A stretch of 64,000 nt of DNA from an uncultured Gemmatimonadota bacterium (lineage in GTDB: Bacteria > JAAXHH01): positions 2,112,001-2,176,000 of the forward strand of contig OX638340.1 of the NCBI GenBank assembly GCA_951812955.1, in the 5' to 3' direction. Position numbers and translations under genes: made by a program. A model generated the notes under the pieces. The model saw nothing but the letters and a program-made list of their open reading frames with translations. It had not been told where the DNA came from and did no database searches. Positions 46,963-55,822 of the stretch are shown here, in pieces; the stretch's first letter is position 1, and each line of letters starts with the position of its first letter.

Positions 46963-47076
46963 ATGAGCTCATTTGGAATGACCGAGTTAATCATAATTGG
47001 TATTGGTTTATTCATATTTTTGACCGTAGCGCTGCCCATATGGTTCTTCATCTGGATAATACGGAAAAGAAAATGA
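46963..47076 (+). CDS. Candidate 37-aa hydrophobic single-TM peptide, MSSFGMTELIIIGIGLFIFLTVALPIWFFIWIIRKRK, inside an AT-rich islet.
   Basis: My own translation; the ORF is below the 60-aa track cutoff. GGAG lies 6 nt upstream of ATG 46963 (alternative ATGs at 46951 and 46960). The composition is strongly AT-rich relative to the ~65% GC context. A CCACAtactGTGG palindrome plus ATAAAT lies just upstream. Confidence 0.3.
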   Translation: MSSFGMTELIIIGIGLFIFLTVALPIWFFIWIIRKRK

Positions 47077-47159
47077 CTTTGAGGTATCCCCATAACCGGG
47101 TTGGTCCGAAGTTCGTTTACCAGCGCTTCTGGGACGGAACCACCACGTAACGGCCTTTC

Positions 47160-49571
47160 ATGCTCAAAAACTACTTCACCGTCGCACTGAGAAACCTGCT
47201 CAGGTACAAGGGTTATTCGACGATCAGTGTCCTCGGACTGTCCATAGGTATCGCCTGCTGCATTCTCATTCTGCTGTATGTGCAGGACGAACTCAGCTAT
47301 GACCAGTTCCATGAGAAGCATGACCGAATCTATCGCCTGGTAGAATCCGCCACCATCGCGGGGAGACCGATCGAAGCCGCGGTTACGCCCCCGCCCTGGG
47401 CGCCGGCTCTTGCGAAGGAATATCCCGGAATCGAAGCGTTCACCCGGATCAAACCACCGAATTCCCGCTGGCTGATCCGATATATGGACAAACGTTTTTA
47501 CGAGAAGAACTTCGTTTTCGCCGATTCATCGGTTTTTGACGTCTTCACGCTCCCACTTGTCCAGGGAAATGCCGAAACGGCCTTGACTGAACCCCATACC
47601 GTAGTGGTGTCGGAGTCCATGGTGGACAAGTACTTCGGGGATGAAAACCCAATCGGCAAAGTGATTACCGGCGATGACATCTATGAGTTTACGATCACGG
47701 GTATCATGCGGGACATGCCGTCGAACTCGCATTTTCACGCTGATTTCATGGCATCCTACGCGTCGCTGGCACCGAACAAGCTATACGGCGAGCCGTCCTC
47801 GATGCAGGGGAACGCATTTAATCACACGTTATACACCTATTTTCTGCTGGAAGACGGCTACGGTCCGGAAGCGTTTGAACGAGAACTCCCTGGTTTTCTG
47901 GACAACTATCTGGGTGAAATGCTGAAATCCATCGGCATAGTTGCCACACCCTATCTGCAGCCGCTCACGGATATCCATTTGCATTCCCATCTGGAAGGTG
48001 AAATCGCACCAAACAGCGATATCCGGTACGTTTACATCTTCTCCTCGCTGGCCGTGTTCATTCTCCTGATCGCCTGCGTCAACTACATGAATCTTTCCAC
48101 GGCCCGTTCCGCGCGCAGAGCACAGGAGGTCGGCGTCCGGAAAGTGCTTGGCGCCCAGCGTAATCAACTGATCAAGCAGTTTGTGGGAGAATCCGTTCTG
48201 TATTCCGTAATCGCGCTCGCCGTGGCGATGGGACTGGTCCACGTGCTCCTGCCGCAGTTCAACGTCCTTTCCGGCAAGGCGCTGGCGATGGACTATCAAT
48301 CCGCGTGGCTAGTACCTACTCTGGCAGCCATCGCACTATTGACAGGTGTCGGCGCAGGTGGCTATCCAGCCTTCGTCCTTTCATCCTTCAGGCCGGTTGC
48401 CGTTCTGACCGGCGTGCTGAAAGCGGGCGTTTCCAGTTCACTACTTCGGAAAGTACTGATCACGTTCCAGTTCATCATCTCTATCATCATGATTGTCGGA
48501 ACGGTCGCGATTCTCGATCAACTGGAGTACATGCAGAACAAGAAACTGGGTTTCGACCAGGATCACCTGTTGGTCGTACGCATGCCGGATGAAGAGGTGA
48601 TCAAAGGGTATCCGGTCTACAAGAACGCCGTCCTGCAGTATACTGAAGTCGTAAATGTGAGCTCATCGACCAGCGTACCCGGCAGTCTGCCCAGTCTCAG
48701 CCTGGTAACGCCGGAAGGTGTGGAAAGGGATCAGAGTCCGCTTTACCAGTTGATTTGGACGGACTATGACTTTGTAGAAACACTGGATATCAAATTGGTT
48801 TCCGGGCGTACGTTTTCGCGCGAGTTCGGCTCGGACTCCACCGCCTGCCTGATCAATGAAGCGGCCGTACGCGCCCTGGGTTGGGAAGATCCTGTCGGCA
48901 GAACCTACAGGCTTACCGGCGCTACGGATGAAACGCCGTCTCTGAATGTCATCGGCGTCATGGAGGACTTCCACAACCAGTCGTTGCATCAACCCATCGA
49001 ACCACTGATGATACTGATGACGTCGGAACCATCCGCGTTCATGGTAATTCGAATACAGGGAAGTAATGTATCGCGTGGATTGGAAGTGTTACAGGAACAG
49101 TGGAGGCAGACCTACCCCAGCCATCCCGCCATGGATTATTCGTTTCTCGACGAGGATCTGGAACGGCTCTACCTTGCCGAGACCAGGCTGGGTTCCGTAT
49201 TCATAGCCGGCGCCATACTTTCTATTCTCATCGCCTGCCTCGGGCTGCTGGGACTCTCATCCTTCATGGCGGAACAACGGACCCGGGAGATCGGGGTACG
49301 CAAGGTCCTGGGCGCCACGATAACGAACGTGATCCTGTTGTTGTCCAGGGACTTTACCAAGCTGATTCTGCTGGCATTCGTGGTTGGCGCCCCGGCAGGT
49401 TACTACATCATGCAGACGTGGTTGGAGGATTTCCCATACCGCGTGGAACTGGGCCTGGGCGTATTCGTATTCTCAGGTCTTTCCGCGCTGCTCATCGCAT
49501 GGCTTACGGTGGGATACCAGGCCTTCAAAGCCGCGGCCTCCAATCCGGCGGATGCGCTGCATTCGGAGTGA
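47160..49571 (+). CDS. ABC-transporter permease, FtsX-like family with N-terminal MacB-like periplasmic domain (two FtsX modules, ~800 aa); paralog 1 of 3.
   Basis: MLKNYFTVALRNLLRYKGYSTISVLGLSIGIACCILILLYVQDELSYDQFHEK N-terminus. Two 4-TM FtsX modules, each preceded by a large extracytoplasmic domain. Confidence 0.9.
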   Translation: MLKNYFTVALRNLLRYKGYSTISVLGLSIGIACCILILLYVQDELSYDQFHEKHDRIYRLVESATIAGRPIEAAVTPPPWAPALAKEYPGIEAFTRIKPPNSRWLIRYMDKRFYEKNFVFADSSVFDVFTLPLVQGNAETALTEPHTVVVSESMVDKYFGDENPIGKVITGDDIYEFTITGIMRDMPSNSHFHADFMASYASLAPNKLYGEPSSMQGNAFNHTLYTYFLLEDGYGPEAFERELPGFLDNYLGEMLKSIGIVATPYLQPLTDIHLHSHLEGEIAPNSDIRYVYIFSSLAVFILLIACVNYMNLSTARSARRAQEVGVRKVLGAQRNQLIKQFVGESVLYSVIALAVAMGLVHVLLPQFNVLSGKALAMDYQSAWLVPTLAAIALLTGVGAGGYPAFVLSSFRPVAVLTGVLKAGVSSSLLRKVLITFQFIISIIMIVGTVAILDQLEYMQNKKLGFDQDHLLVVRMPDEEVIKGYPVYKNAVLQYTEVVNVSSSTSVPGSLPSLSLVTPEGVERDQSPLYQLIWTDYDFVETLDIKLVSGRTFSREFGSDSTACLINEAAVRALGWEDPVGRTYRLTGATDETPSLNVIGVMEDFHNQSLHQPIEPLMILMTSEPSAFMVIRIQGSNVSRGLEVLQEQWRQTYPSHPAMDYSFLDEDLERLYLAETRLGSVFIAGAILSILIACLGLLGLSSFMAEQRTREIGVRKVLGATITNVILLLSRDFTKLILLAFVVGAPAGYYIMQTWLEDFPYRVELGLGVFVFSGLSALLIAWLTVGYQAFKAAASNPADALHSE

Positions 49572-50174
49572 AGCGGAAGTAAGAAACTCGGCGAAATCGA
49601 GTGACTAAGATCAAGAATGATCAGGGTAAGGATGGACGAATTGGTCCCCTGCAGTCTCAGGGATGCGGACGCGGCCGTACTGCCTACACACACTGTTGTC
49701 TAGATGATGTTATAAAGAGGTATGTTGCGTTGTAGATGATCGTCGTCCCTACGATGGTGCCTTCGCTCACCATCATGCCCCGGTCAGAAGGGTAGCGCCG
49801 GGTCTGCTCGAACAATAGTCCTGGTCAGAAAGTCCCTACCCCTGCTGCAAGGTAAAAACCTGCGCATCACCCCCGACCCCTATGGGGCGCCTGCCGCCTC
49901 CTGCCTCCCGCTTCCCGCCTTCAGATAATGCTCCAAGATGCGTGTAAGCAAAAGATCCCAGGGCAACAACAACGCCAGAGACTTGGTCAGAGGTTCCGTG
50001 GCTGGATGATTTGATTCCCGGAAGGGTGTTTTTCCGTCTACCATGAATGGGAAATGCAGGCTTTGAAACATCGACGGGCCCCTGGGGGTCTTAATATCGC
50101 CCATATCACTTCATCCGGGATAGAAAGGCCACATGATCTTTTTCGGCGTTTGATTCTCGCACCTGGAGTCCGTC

Positions 50175-52589
50175 ATGTTTAAAAACTACCTGACGATCTG
50201 TTTAAGAAACCTGCTCGGACACAAAGGCTATTCGGCGATCAACGTGCTGGGGCTGGCCATCGGTATTGCCTGCGGCGTACTGATCCTGCTCTACGTGCAG
50301 GACGAGCTCAGTTACGACCAGTATCATGAGAAGAAAGACCGGATCTACCGCCTGGTGGAATCTGCGACGGTAGGGGGCAGGTCAATCGAAGCCGCAGTGA
50401 CACCCGCACCCTGGGCCCCGGTACTGGCAAAAGACTATCCCGTAATCGAGCAGATCACCCGCATAAAACCGCCGAACTCCCGGTGGCTGATTCATTACAA
50501 GGAAAACCGGTTTTATGAGCGGTATTTCGTCTTCGCGGATTCATCGGTCTTCGATATCTTCACCTTCCCGCTGGTCCAGGGTGACGCGAAGACGGCACTG
50601 GCCGACCCGCATACCGTGGTGCTGTCGGAATCCATGGCCGACAAGTACTTCGGGGACGAGAATCCGATCGGCAAAGTGATTACGGGCGATGACCTGTATG
50701 AGTTCACGGTTACCGGCGTCATGCGGGACATGCCGAAGAACACGCATTTTCATTTTGATTTCCTGGCCTCCTATGCCTCCCTGGCACCGAACAATCTGTA
50801 CAATGAGCCGTCCACGATGCAGAACCAGGGTTTCAATCACTATAACCTTTACACCTACCTGATGCTCAGGGAAGGAAACACTCCCGAAGATCTGGAGAGA
50901 GAACTCCCCGCGTTTCTGGACAAGTACCTTGGCGAAAGGCTCAAGACAATGGGCGTAGAGGCCAGACCCTACTTGCAGCCCATAACCGATATCCATCTCT
51001 ATTCCAACCTGGAAGCCGAAATCGCGGCGAACAGCAACATCCGGTATGTGTACATCTTCTCCTCCCTGGCCGTATTCATTCTCCTGATCGCCTGCGTGAA
51101 TTTCATGAACCTGTCCACCGCCCGCTCCGCCCGCAGAGCACAGGAGGTTGGCATAAGGAAAGTACTGGGCGCTCATCGGAATCAACTGATCAAACAGTTT
51201 ACGGGCGAGTCGATCCTGGTTTCCATAGCCGCGCTCGTCATCGCATTGGGACTGGTTCATCTGCTCCTGCCGCAGTTCAGCCTGTTATCGGGCAAAACGC
51301 TGGCGATGGATTACCAGTCCACCTGGCTGGTGCCGGCCCTGGCGGCAATTACCCTTGTTACGGGGATCGTCGCGGGCGGATATCCCGCCTTTATCCTGTC
51401 CTCCTTCAGGCCGTTTGCCGTACTGACCGATGCATTGAAAGCAGGGGCGTCTCATTCGCTCCTCAGGAAAATCCTGATCACCTTCCAGTTCGCCATTTCC
51501 ATCCTCATGATCGTCGGTACAATCGTCGTCCTCGACCAGCTGGAATACATGCAGAACAAGCAACTGGGTTTTGATGAAGACAACCTGGTCGTGGTTCGCT
51601 TGCCGGATGAAGAAGCCATTAAGGGTTATCAGGCCTACAGGGACGCCGTGATGCAGAATCCTGAAATCCTGAACGTGAGTTCATCGACCAGCGTGCCCGG
51701 CAGTCCGCCCAGTCTCAGCCTGGTTACTCCGGAAGGTGTGCAAGCGGATCAGAGTCCGCTTTACCAGTTAATCTGGACGAACTATGACTTTGTAGAAACA
51801 CTGGATATCAAGTTGGTTGCCGGACGTACGTTCTCGCGCGAGTTCGGCTCGGACTCCACCGCCTGCCTGATCAATGAAGCGGCCGTGCGCGCCCTGGGTT
51901 GGGAAGATCCGGTCGGTAGAACCTACAAGCTTACCGTCGCTGCGGATGAAACGCCGTCTCTGAACGTCATCGGTGTTATGGAGGACTTCCACAACCAGTC
52001 GTTGCATCAACCCATCGAGCCACTGATGTTACTGATGAAGTCGGACCCTTCCGCTTTTATGGTTATTCGCATTCAGGGAAGCAACGTTTCGCGCGGACTG
52101 GAGGTATTACAAGAGCAGTGGAGGCAGACCTACCCCGGCCATCCCGCCATGGATTACTCGTTTCTCGATGACGACCTCGTGCAACTATACCGGGACGAAC
52201 AAAGACTGGGTTCCGTGTTCATCGCCGGCGCGATGCTTTCCATTCTCATAGCCTGCCTGGGACTTCTTGGGCTCTCATCCTTCATGGCGGAACAAAGGTC
52301 CCGGGAGATCGGCATACGAAAGGTCCTGGGCGCTACGATAACGAACGTTATCTTGCTGTTGTCCAGAGACTTTACGAAGCTGATCCTGCTGGCATTGGTG
52401 GTTGGCGCGCCGGCGGGTTACTACGTCATGCAGGTATGGCTGGAAGACTTCCCATACCGCATCGAACTGGGTCTGGGAGTGTTCGTATTCGCGGGCCTCG
52501 CCGCACTGCTCATCGCCTGGCTGACGGTGGGATACCAGGCGTTTAAAGCAGCCACGGCCAACCCGGTAGATGCGGTGAAGGCGGAGTGA
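50175..52589 (+). CDS. ABC-transporter permease, FtsX-like family; paralog 2 of 3 (about 80% identical to paralog 1).
   Basis: Collinear with paralog 1 over the full length. Confidence 0.9.
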   Translation: MFKNYLTICLRNLLGHKGYSAINVLGLAIGIACGVLILLYVQDELSYDQYHEKKDRIYRLVESATVGGRSIEAAVTPAPWAPVLAKDYPVIEQITRIKPPNSRWLIHYKENRFYERYFVFADSSVFDIFTFPLVQGDAKTALADPHTVVLSESMADKYFGDENPIGKVITGDDLYEFTVTGVMRDMPKNTHFHFDFLASYASLAPNNLYNEPSTMQNQGFNHYNLYTYLMLREGNTPEDLERELPAFLDKYLGERLKTMGVEARPYLQPITDIHLYSNLEAEIAANSNIRYVYIFSSLAVFILLIACVNFMNLSTARSARRAQEVGIRKVLGAHRNQLIKQFTGESILVSIAALVIALGLVHLLLPQFSLLSGKTLAMDYQSTWLVPALAAITLVTGIVAGGYPAFILSSFRPFAVLTDALKAGASHSLLRKILITFQFAISILMIVGTIVVLDQLEYMQNKQLGFDEDNLVVVRLPDEEAIKGYQAYRDAVMQNPEILNVSSSTSVPGSPPSLSLVTPEGVQADQSPLYQLIWTNYDFVETLDIKLVAGRTFSREFGSDSTACLINEAAVRALGWEDPVGRTYKLTVAADETPSLNVIGVMEDFHNQSLHQPIEPLMLLMKSDPSAFMVIRIQGSNVSRGLEVLQEQWRQTYPGHPAMDYSFLDDDLVQLYRDEQRLGSVFIAGAMLSILIACLGLLGLSSFMAEQRSREIGIRKVLGATITNVILLLSRDFTKLILLALVVGAPAGYYVMQVWLEDFPYRIELGLGVFVFAGLAALLIAWLTVGYQAFKAATANPVDAVKAE

Positions 52590-52698
52590 GGTGTAGCGCA
52601 ACTGCCGTATGGACCAGATGGACGCGGCGCCTGAAATCTGAGCTACGGCGGCCAAAAACTGCCCTCCATCACATAGCTAACCAATCTTTAATAGGACC

Positions 52699-55110
52699 AT
52701 GTTCCAAAACTACCTGACCATCGCGGTCAGAAACCTGCTCAGCCACAAGGGCTATTCGGCCATCAACGTAATGGGCCTGGCCATCGGCATGGCGAGTTGC
52801 GTCCTTATCCTGCTCTATGTGCAGGACGAGCTTAGTTTCGACCAGTATCACGAGAAAAAAGACCGGATCTATCGTATCGCGGAATCCGCAACGATAACGG
52901 GCAGGTCTATCGAAGCGGCCGTCACACCCCCGTCCTGGGCGCCGGTCCTGGCGCGGGACTATCCGGAAATCGAGCACTTTACCCGGATCAAGCCGCCGGG
53001 CTCCCGCTGGCTCATTCGGTATGAGGAGAATCGTTTCTACGAGCGGTACTTCATATTCGCAGATTCGTCGGTCTTCGACATCTTCACCATCCCCCTCGTA
53101 CAAGGTAACGCCAGGACCTCCCTTGTCGAACCGCATTCCGTGGTGCTGTCCGAATCCATGGCCGACAAGTATTTCGGAGAGGAAAACCCGATCGGAAAGG
53201 TAATCACGGGGGACGACCTCTACGAATTTACCGTAACCGGCATCATGCGAGACATGCCGCGAAACTCCCATTTCCACTTCGATTTCCTGGCCTCCTTTGC
53301 CACCCTGCCGCCGAACAATCTTTACTACAGTGATCCGGACAACATCCAAAACGGTGGATTCAACCACGATCTATATACGTATCTACTCCTTCGGGAAGGT
53401 ACCACGCGCGAGGAAATGGAATCCAGGTTCCGGCCATTCCTGGATACGTACCTCGGCGAAACGCTCAAGTCCGCTGGCATTGAAGCCAACCCCTACCTGC
53501 AGCCCCTTACGGATATATACCTTCATTCCAACCTGGAAGCCGAGATCAGGGCCAACAGCGACATTCGCTATATCTATATCTTCACGGCTCTGGCCGTCTT
53601 CATCCTTGTAGTCGCCTGCGTGAATTTCATGAACCTGTCCACCGCCCGGTCCGCCCGCAGGGCGCAGGAAGTCGGGATCCGGAAGGTCCTGGGCGCTCAG
53701 CGGCTGCAGTTGATCAGACAGTTCATCGGCGAATCGGTACTGCTCGCGCTACTCGCACTGATCATCGCGCTCGTACTGACGCACCTGCTGCTTCCGCAAT
53801 TCAACCTGCTGTCCGGCAAGTCACTGGAATTGGACTACTGGTCAAACTGGCTGGCGCCTGCCCTGGCAATCATCGTGCTTTTCGTTGGTTTCGCTGCAGG
53901 TGGATATCCCGCGTTCCTGCTCTCTTCATTCAGGCCGGTGGCCGTGCTGACCGGTGCGTTGAAGACCGGCACCTCCCATTCGATACTCAGGAAAGTGCTG
54001 ATCACCTTTCAGTTCAGCATCTCTATCCTAATGATGGTGGGCACGGCCGTTGTCTTCAGTCAGCTGGAATACATGAAGAATAAAAGGCTGGGATTCGAAA
54101 GCGAGCACCTGGCGGTCGTCCGCATGCCCGATGAAGCAGCGGTCAATGGGTACGGTGTCTACAAGACCGCGGTGCTGCAGTATCCTGAGATCCTGCAGGT
54201 GAGTACTTCGAGCAGCGTACCCGGCGCCCAGGTCAGTCTGAACCTGTTGACACCCGAAGGGATGCCGCCCGACCAGAGCCCGGTTTTCCAGACGATCTGG
54301 GGGGACTTCGATTTCGTGGAAACCATGGAAATCGAGCTTGCTGCCGGACGCACGTTCGACACCGCCTTCGCTACCGATTCATCAGCCTGCCTGATCAACG
54401 AGACGGCCGTCCGCGTGCTGGGCTGGGAAGACCCGATCGACAAGACCCTTCGATTCGCGGGTTCGCAGGAAACCGCCCCGTCCCACAGGGTGATCGGCGT
54501 CATGAGGGATTTCCATCAAAACTCGCTGCGCCAACCCATAGAACCGCTCATGATCCTGTTCAATGCACCCGGGCCGTACATGGTCATTCGGTTAAGGGGG
54601 GAGGACCTGCAACGAGGATTGGAGATTCTGCAGGATCAGTGGAGGCTCACGTATCCGAACCATCCCGCCATGGAGATCTCGTTTCTTGGCGCGAACCTCG
54701 AGCAGTTGTATTCCGCTGAACAACGGCTGGGGAATGTCTTCATCGCCGGTGCCGCGCTTTCCATGTTGATCGCCTGCCTGGGACTCCTGGGCCTTTCGTC
54801 CTATATGGCCGAGCAGCGAACCCGGGAGATCGGGATACGCAAGGTGCTCGGCGCCACGATATCGAACGTGATGCTGTTGTTATCCAGGGACTTTACGACA
54901 TTAGTCCTGCTGGCCTTCGTGATTAGCGCTCCGGTGGGATACTTCGCCATGAGAGCGTGGCTGGAGGACTTCCCTTACCGGGTTGAACCGAGTCTCGGAG
55001 TTTTCATATCGGCAGGTCTTGCCGCCCTTATCATCGCCTGGCTGACGGTGGGATACCAGGCATTCAAAGCGGCGACGGCCAACCCCGCGGACGCGCTGCA
55101 CGCGGAGTGA
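52699..55110 (+). CDS. ABC-transporter permease, FtsX-like family; paralog 3 of 3 (more diverged).
   Basis: Collinear with paralogs 1 and 2; same conserved N-terminus MFQNYLTIAVRNLLSHKGYSAINVMGLAIGMASCVLILLYVQDELSFDQYHEK. Confidence 0.9.
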   Translation: MFQNYLTIAVRNLLSHKGYSAINVMGLAIGMASCVLILLYVQDELSFDQYHEKKDRIYRIAESATITGRSIEAAVTPPSWAPVLARDYPEIEHFTRIKPPGSRWLIRYEENRFYERYFIFADSSVFDIFTIPLVQGNARTSLVEPHSVVLSESMADKYFGEENPIGKVITGDDLYEFTVTGIMRDMPRNSHFHFDFLASFATLPPNNLYYSDPDNIQNGGFNHDLYTYLLLREGTTREEMESRFRPFLDTYLGETLKSAGIEANPYLQPLTDIYLHSNLEAEIRANSDIRYIYIFTALAVFILVVACVNFMNLSTARSARRAQEVGIRKVLGAQRLQLIRQFIGESVLLALLALIIALVLTHLLLPQFNLLSGKSLELDYWSNWLAPALAIIVLFVGFAAGGYPAFLLSSFRPVAVLTGALKTGTSHSILRKVLITFQFSISILMMVGTAVVFSQLEYMKNKRLGFESEHLAVVRMPDEAAVNGYGVYKTAVLQYPEILQVSTSSSVPGAQVSLNLLTPEGMPPDQSPVFQTIWGDFDFVETMEIELAAGRTFDTAFATDSSACLINETAVRVLGWEDPIDKTLRFAGSQETAPSHRVIGVMRDFHQNSLRQPIEPLMILFNAPGPYMVIRLRGEDLQRGLEILQDQWRLTYPNHPAMEISFLGANLEQLYSAEQRLGNVFIAGAALSMLIACLGLLGLSSYMAEQRTREIGIRKVLGATISNVMLLLSRDFTTLVLLAFVISAPVGYFAMRAWLEDFPYRVEPSLGVFISAGLAALIIAWLTVGYQAFKAATANPADALHAE

Positions 55111-55112
55111 GT

Positions 55113-55158
55113 TGTAGAACACTTCTGTTGACATCAACACTTCTGTTGCGTATGTTAC
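55113..55158 (+). promoter_or_regulatory. Candidate sigma70 promoter TTGACA-17-TATGTT for hicAB, embedded in a 12-bp direct repeat (acacttctgttg x2) that is a candidate HicB operator.
   Basis: gttgacatcaacacttctgttgcgtatgttacgatATG read directly. The repeats at 55119..55130 and 55137..55148 flank the -35 element. Confidence 0.5.
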
Positions 55159-55161
55159 GAT

Positions 55162-55350
55162 ATGAACGCAAACGAGCTTCGTAGATGGCTCAGGAAACGA
55201 GGATGTACGTTTCACACACATAAAGGTGGTAGTGGTCACGTAACGGTTCGTTTGGGCGGGCGTTCGACTCAGTTGCCGGTACATGGCGCGAGAAGAGAAC
55301 TGGGGCGGAAACTGGTCGCCAAAATCAAGAAGGACCTGGGATTGGACTGA
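55162..55350 (+). CDS. hicA: HicA-family mRNA interferase toxin (type II toxin-antitoxin).
   Basis: 62 aa. MNANELRRWLRKRGCTFHTHKGGSGHVTVRLGG...PVHGARRELGRKLVAKIKKDLGL matches the HicA layout (dsRBD-like fold, conserved GS.H and HG...L...I.K..GL). Confidence 0.8.
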   Translation: MNANELRRWLRKRGCTFHTHKGGSGHVTVRLGGRSTQLPVHGARRELGRKLVAKIKKDLGLD

Positions 55351-55763
55351 TGCTAAAGTACCCTGTGGCACTCGAAAGAGACGATAACACCGTACAGGTT
55401 ATATCGCCCGATTTTCCGGAACTCAATACGTTCGGCATGGATCGGGAGGAAGCTATAGCCCGTGCATCCGACGCGCTGGAAGAGGCGATCGCAGCCCGTA
55501 TACATGACGGCCTTGATATCCCTTTTCCGTCTAAGGGTCAAGACGTTGCCGTGCTGCCTACACTCACCGCCGTCAAGGTTATGCTATACCGGGGTATGAG
55601 AGAACAGGGCGTTGGCAAGGCGGAACTTGCTCGTCGACTCGGTTGGCATTTGCCTCAGGTGGACCGGGTACTGGACGTGCAGCACAATTCCCGCATGGAC
55701 CAGATTGACGCGGCCATGGGTGCAATAGGCCGAAGCCTGTACGTGCGTGATTCAATCCGTTAG
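55350..55763 (+). CDS. hicB: HicB-family antitoxin (N-terminal HicB/UPF0150 domain plus C-terminal DNA-binding domain).
   Basis: MLKYPVALERDDNTVQVISPDFPELNTFGMDREEAIARASDALEEAI is a textbook HicB N-terminus. C-terminal helix-turn-helix-like region GKAELARRLGWHLPQVDRVL. Overlaps hicA by 1 nt (TGATG). Confidence 0.85.
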   Translation: MLKYPVALERDDNTVQVISPDFPELNTFGMDREEAIARASDALEEAIAARIHDGLDIPFPSKGQDVAVLPTLTAVKVMLYRGMREQGVGKAELARRLGWHLPQVDRVLDVQHNSRMDQIDAAMGAIGRSLYVRDSIR

Positions 55764-55822
55764 AATTTGGCGCTGTTGCGGACTTTGCCCTTCGGTCCGT
55801 CCGTCAGGCCGGGCCTTCCGAT

